Assembly: GCA_040753775.1 (NCBI GenBank)
Contig: JBFMDT010000002.1
Location: 11,955 to 75,954, forward strand
Source of the DNA: Nanobdellota archaeon
GTDB lineage: Archaea > Nanobdellota > Nanobdellia > SCGC-AAA011-G17 > JAFCDX01
Length of the DNA: 64,000 nucleotides
Reading direction: 5' to 3'
Below, in pieces: positions 1-9,012 of the stretch. Numbering within the stretch: position 1 is the stretch's first letter; the number at the start of each line of letters is the position of its first letter. The position numbers and the translations under genes were made by a program. The notes under the pieces are model-generated. The model was not told where the DNA came from. It worked only from the letters and a program-made list of their open reading frames with translations, and made no database searches.

Positions 1-5
1 CCATA

Positions 6-467
6 TTATCCCCCATCTGGTTCTTTTAAACAATCGCTAATGCTATTTAATACCCCATCGTTTTTTGAACATTCATTATAGCATAATTCGACATTTACAT
101 AAGCATGACCAATATTGCATAACCAAATATTTTCTTTAAAGCGTGGAGATATATTATAAATCTTTAATGACAGAAATTCAGGATCATAACTTTTAGAATA
201 TTTAACTTTTATTTCATGATCTTTAAACTCTTTTTTATCGTTATTAAATTTATCAATAAATTCGATGTTGCTAGAATCTTGGTATTGAGTATTATCAACG
301 TATACGTCTATGTTTAATTTTTCTTGGCAACCAAATTCATGATAACATATAGATAAATTAACTATAACTTTATCGTAGAATATATCGTTACTACCACAAC
401 CTATAAAAGCAGCTGCCAATAGCGGAAGCCCTTTTCTCTTAATCCCATTTAATAACTTTTCTAGCAT
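6..467 (-). CDS. Hypothetical exported Cys-rich lipoprotein-like protein
   Basis: 153-aa ORF. N-terminal hydrophobic segment ends in lipobox-like AAAFIGC. Several further Cys. No family recognised. Confidence 0.45.
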   Translation of the reverse strand: MLEKLLNGIKRKGLPLLAAAFIGCGSNDIFYDKVIVNLSICYHEFGCQEKLNIDVYVDNTQYQDSSNIEFIDKFNNDKKEFKDHEIKVKYSKSYDPEFLSLKIYNISPRFKENIWLCNIGHAYVNVELCYNECSKNDGVLNSISDCLKEPDGG

Positions 468-501
468 TTTAATTGAATATACTTAAAAGTGGTAATAATA
501 A

Positions 502-515
502 AAAGGTTTATATAC
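502..515 (+). promoter_or_regulatory. BRE/TATA-like promoter element (AAAGGTTTATATAC)
   Basis: TTTATATA starts 30 nt upstream of ATG 537. The 18-mer AAAGGTTTATATACTTTT recurs identically at 4787-4804. Confidence 0.5.
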
Positions 516-536
516 TTTTCTTATTTAACCAAATCC

Positions 537-1499
537 ATGCCAAACACTTATTTCAACAAATTAAAGAAATATACAACAATAACCCTAGCATCTTTATTAC
601 TCTACAGCAGTTTTGGTTGCATTAAAAGGGTTCCTATTGAAAACTTTATTAAAACAAACACAGAAGAAAAAATAGACAATAAAATTGAAGAAATAAAAGA
701 GTACAAGATAAATAATATTAACTATCTTGAAAATAAATTAAACATCTCAATTAGCGAAATAACAAAGCAAAATACTTTCAAGGTTGGTGAAAGAAAAACC
801 TATGATTTATATCAAGTTGGTGTCAGGGAAGAGTTTAATGGAAAAGCTATTGGTACAACAATTGGGATTATTGGTAGCGTTGCTAGTTTTGCATATGGAA
901 TTTACAGTGTAGTTAATCCACCAACAACCGAAGAATGCATGGATTACAAGACATCAAAAGGAACTGAATCAATTTGCAAAGAAGAAAAAAAATTTCCTGT
1001 CTTGGGCACAATTATTTTGACAGTGGGGACTGGCAGTTCTATTGGCCTTGGCTATGGAATAAGCAAAATAAAAAAAGTTTACAAGGAAAATTATAAGGAA
1101 GAGATGAGAAATATTAAAAAAGAAGACATTAATCTTTTGAATAATACAAAGATATTAGATACAAAGCCGTTTGCAGATACAGAAATTGAGTTGAGCAGCG
1201 ATTACTTCTTATTCAATGATAAAAACAACATAAAGCTTTTGACAGGCAAGGATGGAAGGATTAAAGTTAATATAAAAGGCAAGGATAACTTTTCGTTTAC
1301 TAAAGAAGAGCTTTATCAAACTAAGCTGATTAAGGATTTAAAGTATCTTGGTATGGGAGAAGAAATAAATGAAGTTATAAAAAATGTAAATGAAACAGAG
1401 CATTCTTTCAACATAAAATTTAAAGATGAAGAAAAGAATATACTTCTAAAAGGATACGAGCTTCCAGAATCAAAGTTGGAAGAGTTGTTAGTAAAATGA
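537..1499 (+). CDS. Membrane lipoprotein-like protein, paralogue A of 4825-5751
   Basis: ORF-track frame 489-1499. Start moved to ATG 537 because the GTG start would include the TATA element. Lipobox-like SSFGC, two central TM helices, C-terminal KDGRIKVNIKGKDNFSFTKEEL...IKDLKYLG domain shared with the paralogue. Confidence 0.55.
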   Translation: MPNTYFNKLKKYTTITLASLLLYSSFGCIKRVPIENFIKTNTEEKIDNKIEEIKEYKINNINYLENKLNISISEITKQNTFKVGERKTYDLYQVGVREEFNGKAIGTTIGIIGSVASFAYGIYSVVNPPTTEECMDYKTSKGTESICKEEKKFPVLGTIILTVGTGSSIGLGYGISKIKKVYKENYKEEMRNIKKEDINLLNNTKILDTKPFADTEIELSSDYFLFNDKNNIKLLTGKDGRIKVNIKGKDNFSFTKEELYQTKLIKDLKYLGMGEEINEVIKNVNETEHSFNIKFKDEEKNILLKGYELPESKLEELLVK

Positions 1500-2230
1500 G
1501 CCCTGAAAGCATAATAAACAAGATTAGGAATTTTTCCAGCAAAAAGATAGTTACATATATACTAACAGGAGCTTTGACATCTGGCTTTAATTATAACGTA
1601 TATAAAAATTTTAATAATTCTCATGCAGCTGAAATAAAATGGGAAGAAATGAAACCAGAAGAAAGGGAAGAAAAAGTACTAGAAGAAAAAATTCAAGAGG
1701 AAATAAACCCTCCATTTAAAGAAACAGGAAGAGAATCAGAAATTCCTTCTTGCGACGAATGTATTGTTAGAGGTACATATTTTAATAATATTTTAGGTTT
1801 TAAAATATCAGTACCAAGCATTAATTGGGGATTTGAAATTAGTAACGAAGAAAAAGGAAACATTGAATATTTACTATTCATCAAAAGTGATGCTAACCCA
1901 TTAGATATTATCTTAATAGCAAGAATGAAAGAACAAGTTAATAGTTTAGAAGAATTTGTTGCAAATTATGGTAAAAAAGAGCTTCAAGAAAAAAGGGAAT
2001 ATATTTATCTCAACAATGAAAGAGCACATCAAATTATAACAATGAATCATTTTAAAGTAAGAGACCAAACTTTTTATGTTAGTCGAAAATCAATTAAATT
2101 ATTTAAAAATAAAATAGGATACCTCATTTTAGCACAATATGACTTTACTTACGAAAAAGATAATAAGTCATTAATCGAGATTGATAAAGTAATAAATTCA
2201 TTTTATTTCACTAACCAAAAAGAAGAATAA
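1496..2230 (+). CDS. Hypothetical protein with N-terminal TM/signal anchor
   Basis: 244-aa ORF with 4-nt ATGA overlap with the upstream gene. No family recognised. Confidence 0.5.
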   Translation: MSPESIINKIRNFSSKKIVTYILTGALTSGFNYNVYKNFNNSHAAEIKWEEMKPEEREEKVLEEKIQEEINPPFKETGRESEIPSCDECIVRGTYFNNILGFKISVPSINWGFEISNEEKGNIEYLLFIKSDANPLDIILIARMKEQVNSLEEFVANYGKKELQEKREYIYLNNERAHQIITMNHFKVRDQTFYVSRKSIKLFKNKIGYLILAQYDFTYEKDNKSLIEIDKVINSFYFTNQKEE

Positions 2231-2251
2231 TAAAATAATTTCTGTAAAACT

Positions 2252-3460
2252 CTATTTGCAGACCTGAAAAGTCTTATCGGACTCAGAGCTTGAAAACTTC
2301 CATTTCCCTTCACGCTTAGTTAGATAATACTTGCTGTTTGCATCTATGACTCTTCTATCAACAAGTATTTGGTCTATCGCCGATACCGTTGCATAATCCC
2401 CTACAATGTATATATTTGTTATTATTGTATTGGATAAAATGGTTTCAGGGCAAGCAAACACCTTTTCCGCAGCCATTTTCATCTTGTAATAATTTGGGCT
2501 ATTTTTATCAAGGTTTAATAGGTAAGTATTAATATTTCTTGTCCTTACTGCATTTTCCTGTTCTCTAAATAATTCCTCTATTGCTTTTCTCTCTGACACG
2601 CTATCTGGTAAAAAAACAGCCTGGTTAGCCAAAGAATTTATTCTAGATTCTCTTTCTCTTTTCTTTCTTTGGACTTTTTCCTTGTTTCTCTGCACTTCCA
2701 ATTCAAAATCCTTTAATGGAGCATATTCATCCTTAATTCCATAAGCAATTTTGTCCAACTGCCGTTTGGGTATTAAGTCGCCAGTTAGTTCTTCTAATAA
2801 TTTTTCACCCCACCTCTTTTCCAAGGGCCTTAGGTTTACTGCATCATGATATAATTTTTGTGATGGCTCTGCATACACTTCAATGTATTCAGAATTATCC
2901 ATAAACTTAACAGTATCCTCAAAAGACATTACCCCTCCATTTCTAATACGTCTGATTAAAGTTAAATTTTCATCGTACCTCTTGTTTGCCTTGCTGTAAA
3001 AATTATAAGCAACATCTTTGATGATTTTTTCAGGCCTATTTTCCAACTCCTTTATTGTTGCTTCCAAATCCTTTTTAGTTAAATCTCTGATTGCATCATA
3101 TGTCATGTCTCCACCACTTACTGCATACATAAGCAATTTTATTGGAAATGTCAATCCAGCCTCTATCTGTGAGCTGTGCTTCATGGTTAATTCTTGCCCT
3201 TTACCCAATAACCCAAGCAGTCTAAAACCAAAAACTGTTATTCTATTTTCCTTAATCTCCTTAGTTAAAAGCTCTGTCGCAATAGCCTTTTTTATCGTAT
3301 TCCTGTCTATTACCTGTTGATTATTTAAAAAAACAGAATAGTTGTCCTTTACATCGTATGTTCTGTTGTTCACTTTTACAAGACCGGCATTAGAGATATT
3401 TGGCAAGAGATTTAACATTAAAGAACTTGTTCCGATTCTTAACAATTTCCTAATATCCAT
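2252..3460 (-). CDS. Hypothetical exported protein
   Basis: 402-aa ORF with N-terminal signal-like segment. K/E/R-rich central helix. The C-terminal ~110 aa look NTF2/SnoaL-like (weak impression only). Confidence 0.45.
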   Translation of the reverse strand: MDIRKLLRIGTSSLMLNLLPNISNAGLVKVNNRTYDVKDNYSVFLNNQQVIDRNTIKKAIATELLTKEIKENRITVFGFRLLGLLGKGQELTMKHSSQIEAGLTFPIKLLMYAVSGGDMTYDAIRDLTKKDLEATIKELENRPEKIIKDVAYNFYSKANKRYDENLTLIRRIRNGGVMSFEDTVKFMDNSEYIEVYAEPSQKLYHDAVNLRPLEKRWGEKLLEELTGDLIPKRQLDKIAYGIKDEYAPLKDFELEVQRNKEKVQRKKRERESRINSLANQAVFLPDSVSERKAIEELFREQENAVRTRNINTYLLNLDKNSPNYYKMKMAAEKVFACPETILSNTIITNIYIVGDYATVSAIDQILVDRRVIDANSKYYLTKREGKWKFSSSESDKTFQVCK

Positions 3461-3473
3461 TTTTAATTAATTT

Positions 3474-4748
3474 TTATTTCAATAAACGGACCAAAATCTC
3501 TGGGCTTAAAGAAGTTCCTGCTTGTGAATTTATATAATCTACAGCCTCTTGAACAAATTTTTCATAATCTGACATAGTTTTATCTGCAGTTGCTAGAAAT
3601 TTAAAATAGTTTTCAGTTGCATATTTATTATTGCCGTAAGCTTTATTTCCCCTTGCCCTTTCTAAGAGAGAGTCAACATAATGAAGTTCAATTGCGTCAT
3701 CTAATGAATCAGAAGCAGAGCTTATTGCCTTACCTATTAATTGTTCCTTTATTTCAAATTTAGAAGGCAATTCTAAAGGATCGCCGTAAACCCCAGCATA
3801 AGTATTTTCATATCTGAACATATCTTTATAATTTGCATTTTTAGATATAATATCATTGTAAATAACATTGCTGTTGTTATCAATAAGCCTTAAGCTTAAT
3901 TTTAATCTTCCTTCTCTTGTAACAGTAATTTCATCATAGTTATACCACCCATGAACAGGCTCGTCTACGTAATAGGGTGTGTTTTCTAGGTCTTTCTTTG
4001 CTTCCTCAAATTTTGCCTTATCTTCCTCGCTTCCTGTAAATATGCCCCCAATCAGCCATTTTCCAAGCGCCATATATCCGAGATTTCTGTCTTTTGAAAT
4101 TGCAGCATTCAATCCAGTTAAGGCGGCGTCTGTATCAGAGCTTTTCTTCTGCTCTTTTGATGTAAGATATTCTCCATATTTTCTCTGCAAGTCCTCAAGC
4201 TTTCTTTGGTATTCTGGATTAACAGCCTTTGTAGTGCCTTCCTGATAGTTGACTGTTTTGCCTTCTTTTCTCTCATTTTCCTCAATATTAAAAGCATGAA
4301 CAACGCCGTTAATTGTAATGTCTGTTTTAGCTTCTGCTAATTTTAATTCTAAGTTTTTGTTTTTTAATATATACTGGTTTAAGCTCTCCTCAACCAAGCC
4401 AGGTATTTCAGTGTCATTAGTATTATTTTCAAAAGGCATTATTTTTATGCTGTACCTAATTTCAGCAGGAGTTCTTTTCAATTCACCAGCTACCTTCTTT
4501 ATCTGCAGGTTTATTATGTCTTCAAATTCACCGTATTTTTTTGCTTTGAACAGCTCAATCATGGCATTTCCATAAAGTCCCTGTTTTTCATAAATTTTGG
4601 CCTTATCAAAGTGCTGCTTTGCTAAGTCCCTGTTTCCCTGCGCATATACAACATTGTTTAAAAAAGGAAAGCTTATCAAAGGACTAAAGGTCAAAGTAAG
4701 CGCAGTTGCAGGTACAATTAATTTTTTCAATATTTTTTCTAGTGCCAT
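3474..4748 (-). CDS. Hypothetical exported protein with TPR-like N-terminal helix pair
   Basis: 424-aa ORF with signal peptide (ALTLTFSPLISFPFLNNVVYAQG). The AKQHFDKAKIYEKQGLYGNAMIELFKAKKYG segment looks TPR-like. Confidence 0.45.
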   Translation of the reverse strand: MALEKILKKLIVPATALTLTFSPLISFPFLNNVVYAQGNRDLAKQHFDKAKIYEKQGLYGNAMIELFKAKKYGEFEDIINLQIKKVAGELKRTPAEIRYSIKIMPFENNTNDTEIPGLVEESLNQYILKNKNLELKLAEAKTDITINGVVHAFNIEENERKEGKTVNYQEGTTKAVNPEYQRKLEDLQRKYGEYLTSKEQKKSSDTDAALTGLNAAISKDRNLGYMALGKWLIGGIFTGSEEDKAKFEEAKKDLENTPYYVDEPVHGWYNYDEITVTREGRLKLSLRLIDNNSNVIYNDIISKNANYKDMFRYENTYAGVYGDPLELPSKFEIKEQLIGKAISSASDSLDDAIELHYVDSLLERARGNKAYGNNKYATENYFKFLATADKTMSDYEKFVQEAVDYINSQAGTSLSPEILVRLLK

Positions 4749-4785
4749 TTTATATTATAATTCTAGACCAATTAAACATTATTAA

Positions 4786-4800
4786 GAAAGGTTTATATAC
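4786..4800 (+). promoter_or_regulatory. BRE/TATA-like promoter element (GAAAGGTTTATATAC)
   Basis: TTTATATA at 4792-4799, 33 nt before ATG 4825. Identical 18-mer to the one at 502-519. Confidence 0.5.
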
Positions 4801-4824
4801 TTTTTGTTTCTAGGTAGTAATAAG

Positions 4825-5751
4825 ATGAAACAAAAAAGTGTTAAAAAATATGTTGCTGGTGGATTAGCTGCTTTAATGCTTAATAGCTGCAGTGTTCCTA
4901 TAAAATATACAACTACAGGACCAAAAGTATTTGTTGAAACTATTCCTGTTGAAGAAAAAATAGAATCTTATAAAAATAGAGCATATCAAGGGTATGATAT
5001 ATCAAAAGTAGATTTTAATTCCCAAAATGGTTCTTTAGATATCCTAATTAAAAAAAATTCCTATGAACAAAAAATTGCTGTAGGAAATAAAATAATTGAA
5101 GATAAATATCAGATAAATAAAGTAATAAAAGAAAAAGAAATAGCACCTTTCTTATGGGGCATTCCCTTGCTAGGATTAGGTATTTATTTTCAAATAGATA
5201 TAGCAAAACAAGAAAAAGAGTATCCAGAAGAAGATTACACTGGAACTACTCTATTTAACATGTTATTATTTTTGATTCCGGGTACTGTTTTAACACTTGT
5301 TGGATTGCTTCTTAAACCAAAAGAACTTTATAGTGATCCATCCTTCAGTTATGAAAATAGAAGGCCAGATAAAAGTTTTGAAAAGGTTGTTGATGAAAAA
5401 ATAATAAAAACAGAATACGAACCTGTAGAAATACTAATAGAAGCAAGCAGTTTAAGCTTAAACAAACAAAAAGGGCTATTAAGGACAATAACAAATAAAG
5501 ATGGAACCACTCGTGTTAAATTAAAATCCTTGGACGAAAATGTTTTTTTAACAGAAAAAGAATTTAAGAGTAGTCTAAAAATAGTCAAAGATTTAGAATT
5601 TTTAGGGGAGAAAGAATTAATAAAAGAATTAAGAAGTAAATTGTGGGATATTGATTATAATATATCAATCTCAACAGAAAGTTCTAAACAAGATATTAAT
5701 AACGATAAAAAGATTATTAGCATAAAAGGACATAAAATAAATCTAGAATAA
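4825..5751 (+). CDS. Membrane lipoprotein-like protein, paralogue B of 537-1499
   Basis: Frame of ORF 4804-5751, with ATG 4825 preferred. LNSC lipobox-like site, two central TM helices, C-terminal KDGTTRVKLKSLDENVFLTEKEF...VKDLEFLG domain matches paralogue A. Confidence 0.55.
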   Translation: MKQKSVKKYVAGGLAALMLNSCSVPIKYTTTGPKVFVETIPVEEKIESYKNRAYQGYDISKVDFNSQNGSLDILIKKNSYEQKIAVGNKIIEDKYQINKVIKEKEIAPFLWGIPLLGLGIYFQIDIAKQEKEYPEEDYTGTTLFNMLLFLIPGTVLTLVGLLLKPKELYSDPSFSYENRRPDKSFEKVVDEKIIKTEYEPVEILIEASSLSLNKQKGLLRTITNKDGTTRVKLKSLDENVFLTEKEFKSSLKIVKDLEFLGEKELIKELRSKLWDIDYNISISTESSKQDINNDKKIISIKGHKINLE

Positions 5752-6726
5752 TCACCATTTAACCTCAACCTGATCAACCCTCCAGTTAGGATTTATATCA
5801 ATCTTGTTTAAATCAGGAGTTTTCTTAACAACTTTATATTCCCTAAAACCAGCAACAGCTATCTGCAATCCATTATCACCAGAATATTTCATTGGACATG
5901 CATAAAACTTGGCATTTCTTTCCTTGCACATTATATCAAGCATTTCAACAAACCTTTTATTAGCAGCAACACCCCCGATAAGTAAAGCCTCTTTCTTATT
6001 TGTATGTGCCATTGCCCTTTCTGTTATTTCCGTTATCATGGCAAAGCATGTTTCCTGCAAACTAAAGCATAAGTCTTCTACCATAGTTTCTTTTTTGTGA
6101 AGTTGTTCAGCCCTTGTTATTATTCCTGAAAAATCAACATCCATTCCCTTGACATTATAAGGAAGCTCAACATACTTTCCTTTCTTAGCCAACTCTTCAA
6201 TTTTCGGACCAGAAGGAAAACCTATTCCAATGGCTCTTCCAAATTTATCCAAGGCATTTCCCAACCCAATGCTTAATGCCTCTCCAAATATCCTGTACCT
6301 TCCACCCTCAAGAGCAATTATCTGTGTGTTGGCTCCAGAAACAAAAACATAAACTGGGTCTTTTGCGTTTGTTAAGAATCTGCCTATTTCCAAATGCCCA
6401 ACAATATGATTTACCGGTAGTAATGGTTTGTTGTATTTTTTAGCTAATTCCTTTGCAAAATTTAAGCCAACGAGCAAGCATGGAGCCAAACCAGGACCTG
6501 CTGAAAATGCCATCAAATTTATATCTTCAAAATTTATACTTGCTTTATTCAATGCTTCTTCTAACAATTTATCCTTTATCTCCTTGTGGTGTTTTGCAGC
6601 CTCGCTTGGGATTATGCCACCCTTCTTTGTAGTATACATGCTCTTTGCTTCTGCCAGTATTTCTTTGTCTTTTAAAATTCCAATAGAAAAGCTATGTGCC
6701 GTGCTCTCAATTCCTAAACATATCAT
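5752..6726 (-). CDS. kae1: tRNA N6-adenosine threonylcarbamoyltransferase Kae1
   Basis: 324 aa. MICLGIESTAHSFSIGIL N-terminus and VNHIVGHLE metal-site region are typical of Kae1/TsaD. No fused Bud32 kinase. Confidence 0.9.
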   Translation of the reverse strand: MICLGIESTAHSFSIGILKDKEILAEAKSMYTTKKGGIIPSEAAKHHKEIKDKLLEEALNKASINFEDINLMAFSAGPGLAPCLLVGLNFAKELAKKYNKPLLPVNHIVGHLEIGRFLTNAKDPVYVFVSGANTQIIALEGGRYRIFGEALSIGLGNALDKFGRAIGIGFPSGPKIEELAKKGKYVELPYNVKGMDVDFSGIITRAEQLHKKETMVEDLCFSLQETCFAMITEITERAMAHTNKKEALLIGGVAANKRFVEMLDIMCKERNAKFYACPMKYSGDNGLQIAVAGFREYKVVKKTPDLNKIDINPNWRVDQVEVKW

Positions 6727-6776
6727 ATAAAATAATCATTAACAAGATTTATAAATATTATCCAATCCCCTATGAC

Positions 6777-6947
6777 ATGGAAAACAAAAAATATAAGATT
6801 GAGCTGTATGAAAGAGGAAGGCAGTATAATAGTGAAGTGATTTACCCTTTATTTAGGGGTTATAGCAGTTCCTTCCCTTCAGATTTTTTTAACAGCTATT
6901 CAACAACAGAAATTATCTGCACTAATAGTTACAAAAAAAGGTATTAG
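6777..6947 (+). CDS. Small hypothetical protein (56 aa)
   Basis: Internal ATG of ORF 6696-6947. TTTATAAA at 6748-6755 lies 29 nt upstream, matching the local leaderless pattern. No homology recognised. Confidence 0.25.
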   Translation: MENKKYKIELYERGRQYNSEVIYPLFRGYSSSFPSDFFNSYSTTEIICTNSYKKRY

Positions 6948-7264
6948 TTGTATTTTTTGTTCCACCAAATCTTCATAGCTTGCTTTTGGATAACATACTC
7001 GTTTCTTGCCAACCCCCTGTTATCGTAGTATACATGTAAAATTTCATGTAGCAAGGTAATTTCCTGCTCTTCTTTAGCCAAGCTCTTTTCTATGCATATC
7101 TTATCCCATTCGTAATCAATAAAGCCATCTAAACATCTTCTCGGAAAATTTTTGAATTCTTTAACTCTTTTAACGGATATTAGTTTTATATCAAACTCCT
7201 CCAAAATTTCTAATAAATACTTTTTATCATCTAGTATTTTCTTAAGCTTATTGCTGAATCTCAT
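6944..7264 (-). CDS. Small HExxH protein (putative ImmA/IrrE-like or SprT-like metallopeptidase fold)
   Basis: 106 aa with an LLHEILHVYYD (HExxH) motif. The ATG overlaps the rtcA stop (ATGA), implying translational coupling. Confidence 0.45.
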   Translation of the reverse strand: MRFSNKLKKILDDKKYLLEILEEFDIKLISVKRVKEFKNFPRRCLDGFIDYEWDKICIEKSLAKEEQEITLLHEILHVYYDNRGLARNEYVIQKQAMKIWWNKKYN

Positions 7265-8271
7265 TTTCCCATGCAGTAAATCCTATTTTCCTTTATTTCA
7301 AACTTAACATCAATAAACTTTTCTATGATCTCAATATTTGTTTTTATATGGTTTGTTATCCTGCTTGTTGTAAAGCTTCCGCCATTAGCCAGAGCAATAT
7401 ATAACAGCAATTGGTCTGCTGTAAAATGGTCAACAGTTGCATTGCTCTTTATTTCATCAAGCAGCCCATAAGTGCATTCCTTTCCTATGTCTTCTGCCTT
7501 CACTCCAAGCTTGCCCAATGCAGTATATCCCAATCTTGAATTGCCGTAATCAGCCACAGCGCAGATAAAGCATCCTGGGCTTAAGGTATCAACATAGCTT
7601 ATTTTTGTTTCAAGACTTTCATTATTATCTTTAAAATATTTCTTGAATCCATCTATTAATCTTTCAGCAACCTTATTTTTTTCTAAGCTCTTTGAAGCAA
7701 CAGAATAAATGCATATTTTATCAAGTTCTTTCCTTTCTATTAAATTAAGCTCATTCAGCTTCGCGCATGGCTTGACATTCAATATTATTTTTCCGCCTCC
7801 GGCAGGATAAAAGCCATGCCTAACCACACTCAACATAGTATTTATTCCAAGCATCTTCAAATACCATAAAAAAACATGCCTGAAGTCATAAATAGGGACT
7901 GCCATTGGGTTTGCTGTTCCACCCTTTACTTCTATTGTGCTTTCCCTTTCTTCCCTCAGCAAAGCAGGCAATATTGTTTGCAATACCAGCGTAGTTGAGC
8001 CAGCTGTCCCTATATCAAATCTGTAATAACCCCCCTTTACATCTCCAGGAATAAACTCAAGCTCCCTGCTGTGCAGTGTATTCCCTTTTACCTTTGCATT
8101 GCATATTTCAGCTATAGCATTTACAGCTGTAAGATGCTGGTGCTGCAATCCCCCCTTTTCCCTCATTCCTCTTATATTAGTTATCTTAAAGGGCTTCTTT
8201 GTTATGGCGCTTAAGCTTAAAGAGCTCCTTAATAACTGCCCTCCGCCTTTGCTTCCATCTATTTCTATCAT
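7261..8271 (-). CDS. rtcA: RNA 3'-terminal phosphate cyclase
   Basis: 336 aa. GGGQLLRSSLSLSAI and the LQHQHLTAV catalytic-His region match the RtcA family. Confidence 0.9.
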   Translation of the reverse strand: MIEIDGSKGGGQLLRSSLSLSAITKKPFKITNIRGMREKGGLQHQHLTAVNAIAEICNAKVKGNTLHSRELEFIPGDVKGGYYRFDIGTAGSTTLVLQTILPALLREERESTIEVKGGTANPMAVPIYDFRHVFLWYLKMLGINTMLSVVRHGFYPAGGGKIILNVKPCAKLNELNLIERKELDKICIYSVASKSLEKNKVAERLIDGFKKYFKDNNESLETKISYVDTLSPGCFICAVADYGNSRLGYTALGKLGVKAEDIGKECTYGLLDEIKSNATVDHFTADQLLLYIALANGGSFTTSRITNHIKTNIEIIEKFIDVKFEIKENRIYCMGK

Positions 8272-8307
8272 ACATAACCCTTGTTGGAAAAATTTATAAA
8301 GATTATG

Positions 8308-8321
8308 AAAAGGTTTAAATA
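8308..8321 (+). promoter_or_regulatory. BRE/TATA-like promoter element (AAAAGGTTTAAATA)
   Basis: TTTAAATA at 8314-8321, 29 nt upstream of ATG 8343. Confidence 0.45.
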
Positions 8322-8342
8322 AAGCAAATTTCTTAGTAGATT

Positions 8343-8492
8343 ATGCCACGCTATGGTTTATGTTCTATCTGCGAATCAAGCTTAGCAATATTCAAATGCG
8401 CAATATGCGGCAGGCCTGTTTGCGAAAATGACTACAACAGGGCAGCTGATATATGCAGACAATGTGCAATAGGAAAAAGAATGAAGGGGTGA
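8343..8492 (+). CDS. Small zinc-ribbon protein (49 aa), absent from the ORF track
   Basis: Hand translation: MPRYGLCSICESSLAIFKCAICGRPVCENDYNRAADICRQCAIGKRMKG. Seven Cys in CxxC pairs. TATA at -29. Stop lies 3 nt before the NYN gene ATG. Confidence 0.5.
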   Translation: MPRYGLCSICESSLAIFKCAICGRPVCENDYNRAADICRQCAIGKRMKG

Positions 8493-8495
8493 AAA

Positions 8496-8990
8496 ATGAT
8501 ACAGAAAGAGCAAAGAATCGGAATATTTGTTGATGTGCAAAATCTTTATTATTCAGCAAAAAACCTATATGGTGGAAAGGTTAATTTTAAGGAAGTTTTG
8601 AAAAATATTGTAAGAGGAAGAAAACTTATAAGAGCAATAGCCTACGCAGTTAAGGCAGGAGAAAAGGATGAGGAATATTTTTACAAGGCTCTTGAAGCAA
8701 TAGGTTTTGAGGTTAAATTAAAGGAATTGCAGGTGTTTTATGGAGGGGCCAAAAAGGGCGATTGGGATATTGGCATAGCAATGGACGCAATTGAACAAGC
8801 ACATAAGCTTGATGTTATTGTTTTAGTTTCAGGTGATGGTGATTTCATTCCTTTGGTGCAGCATTTGAGAAGAGCACTCGGTTGTAGGGTTGAGATTGCC
8901 GCATTTGGAAGAAGCTGCAGTTCAAAGCTGATGGAAGAAGCAGATGAGTTTATAGATTTGGATAATAGGAGATACTTAATAAAGAGATAA
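8496..8990 (+). CDS. NYN-domain (LabA-like) predicted RNase
   Basis: 164 aa. IGIFVDVQNLYY and VSGDGDF motifs are characteristic of NYN/LabA domains. Confidence 0.8.
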   Translation: MIQKEQRIGIFVDVQNLYYSAKNLYGGKVNFKEVLKNIVRGRKLIRAIAYAVKAGEKDEEYFYKALEAIGFEVKLKELQVFYGGAKKGDWDIGIAMDAIEQAHKLDVIVLVSGDGDFIPLVQHLRRALGCRVEIAAFGRSCSSKLMEEADEFIDLDNRRYLIKR

Positions 8991-9012
8991 CGCTTAATAA
9001 AAATTTAAGCAA

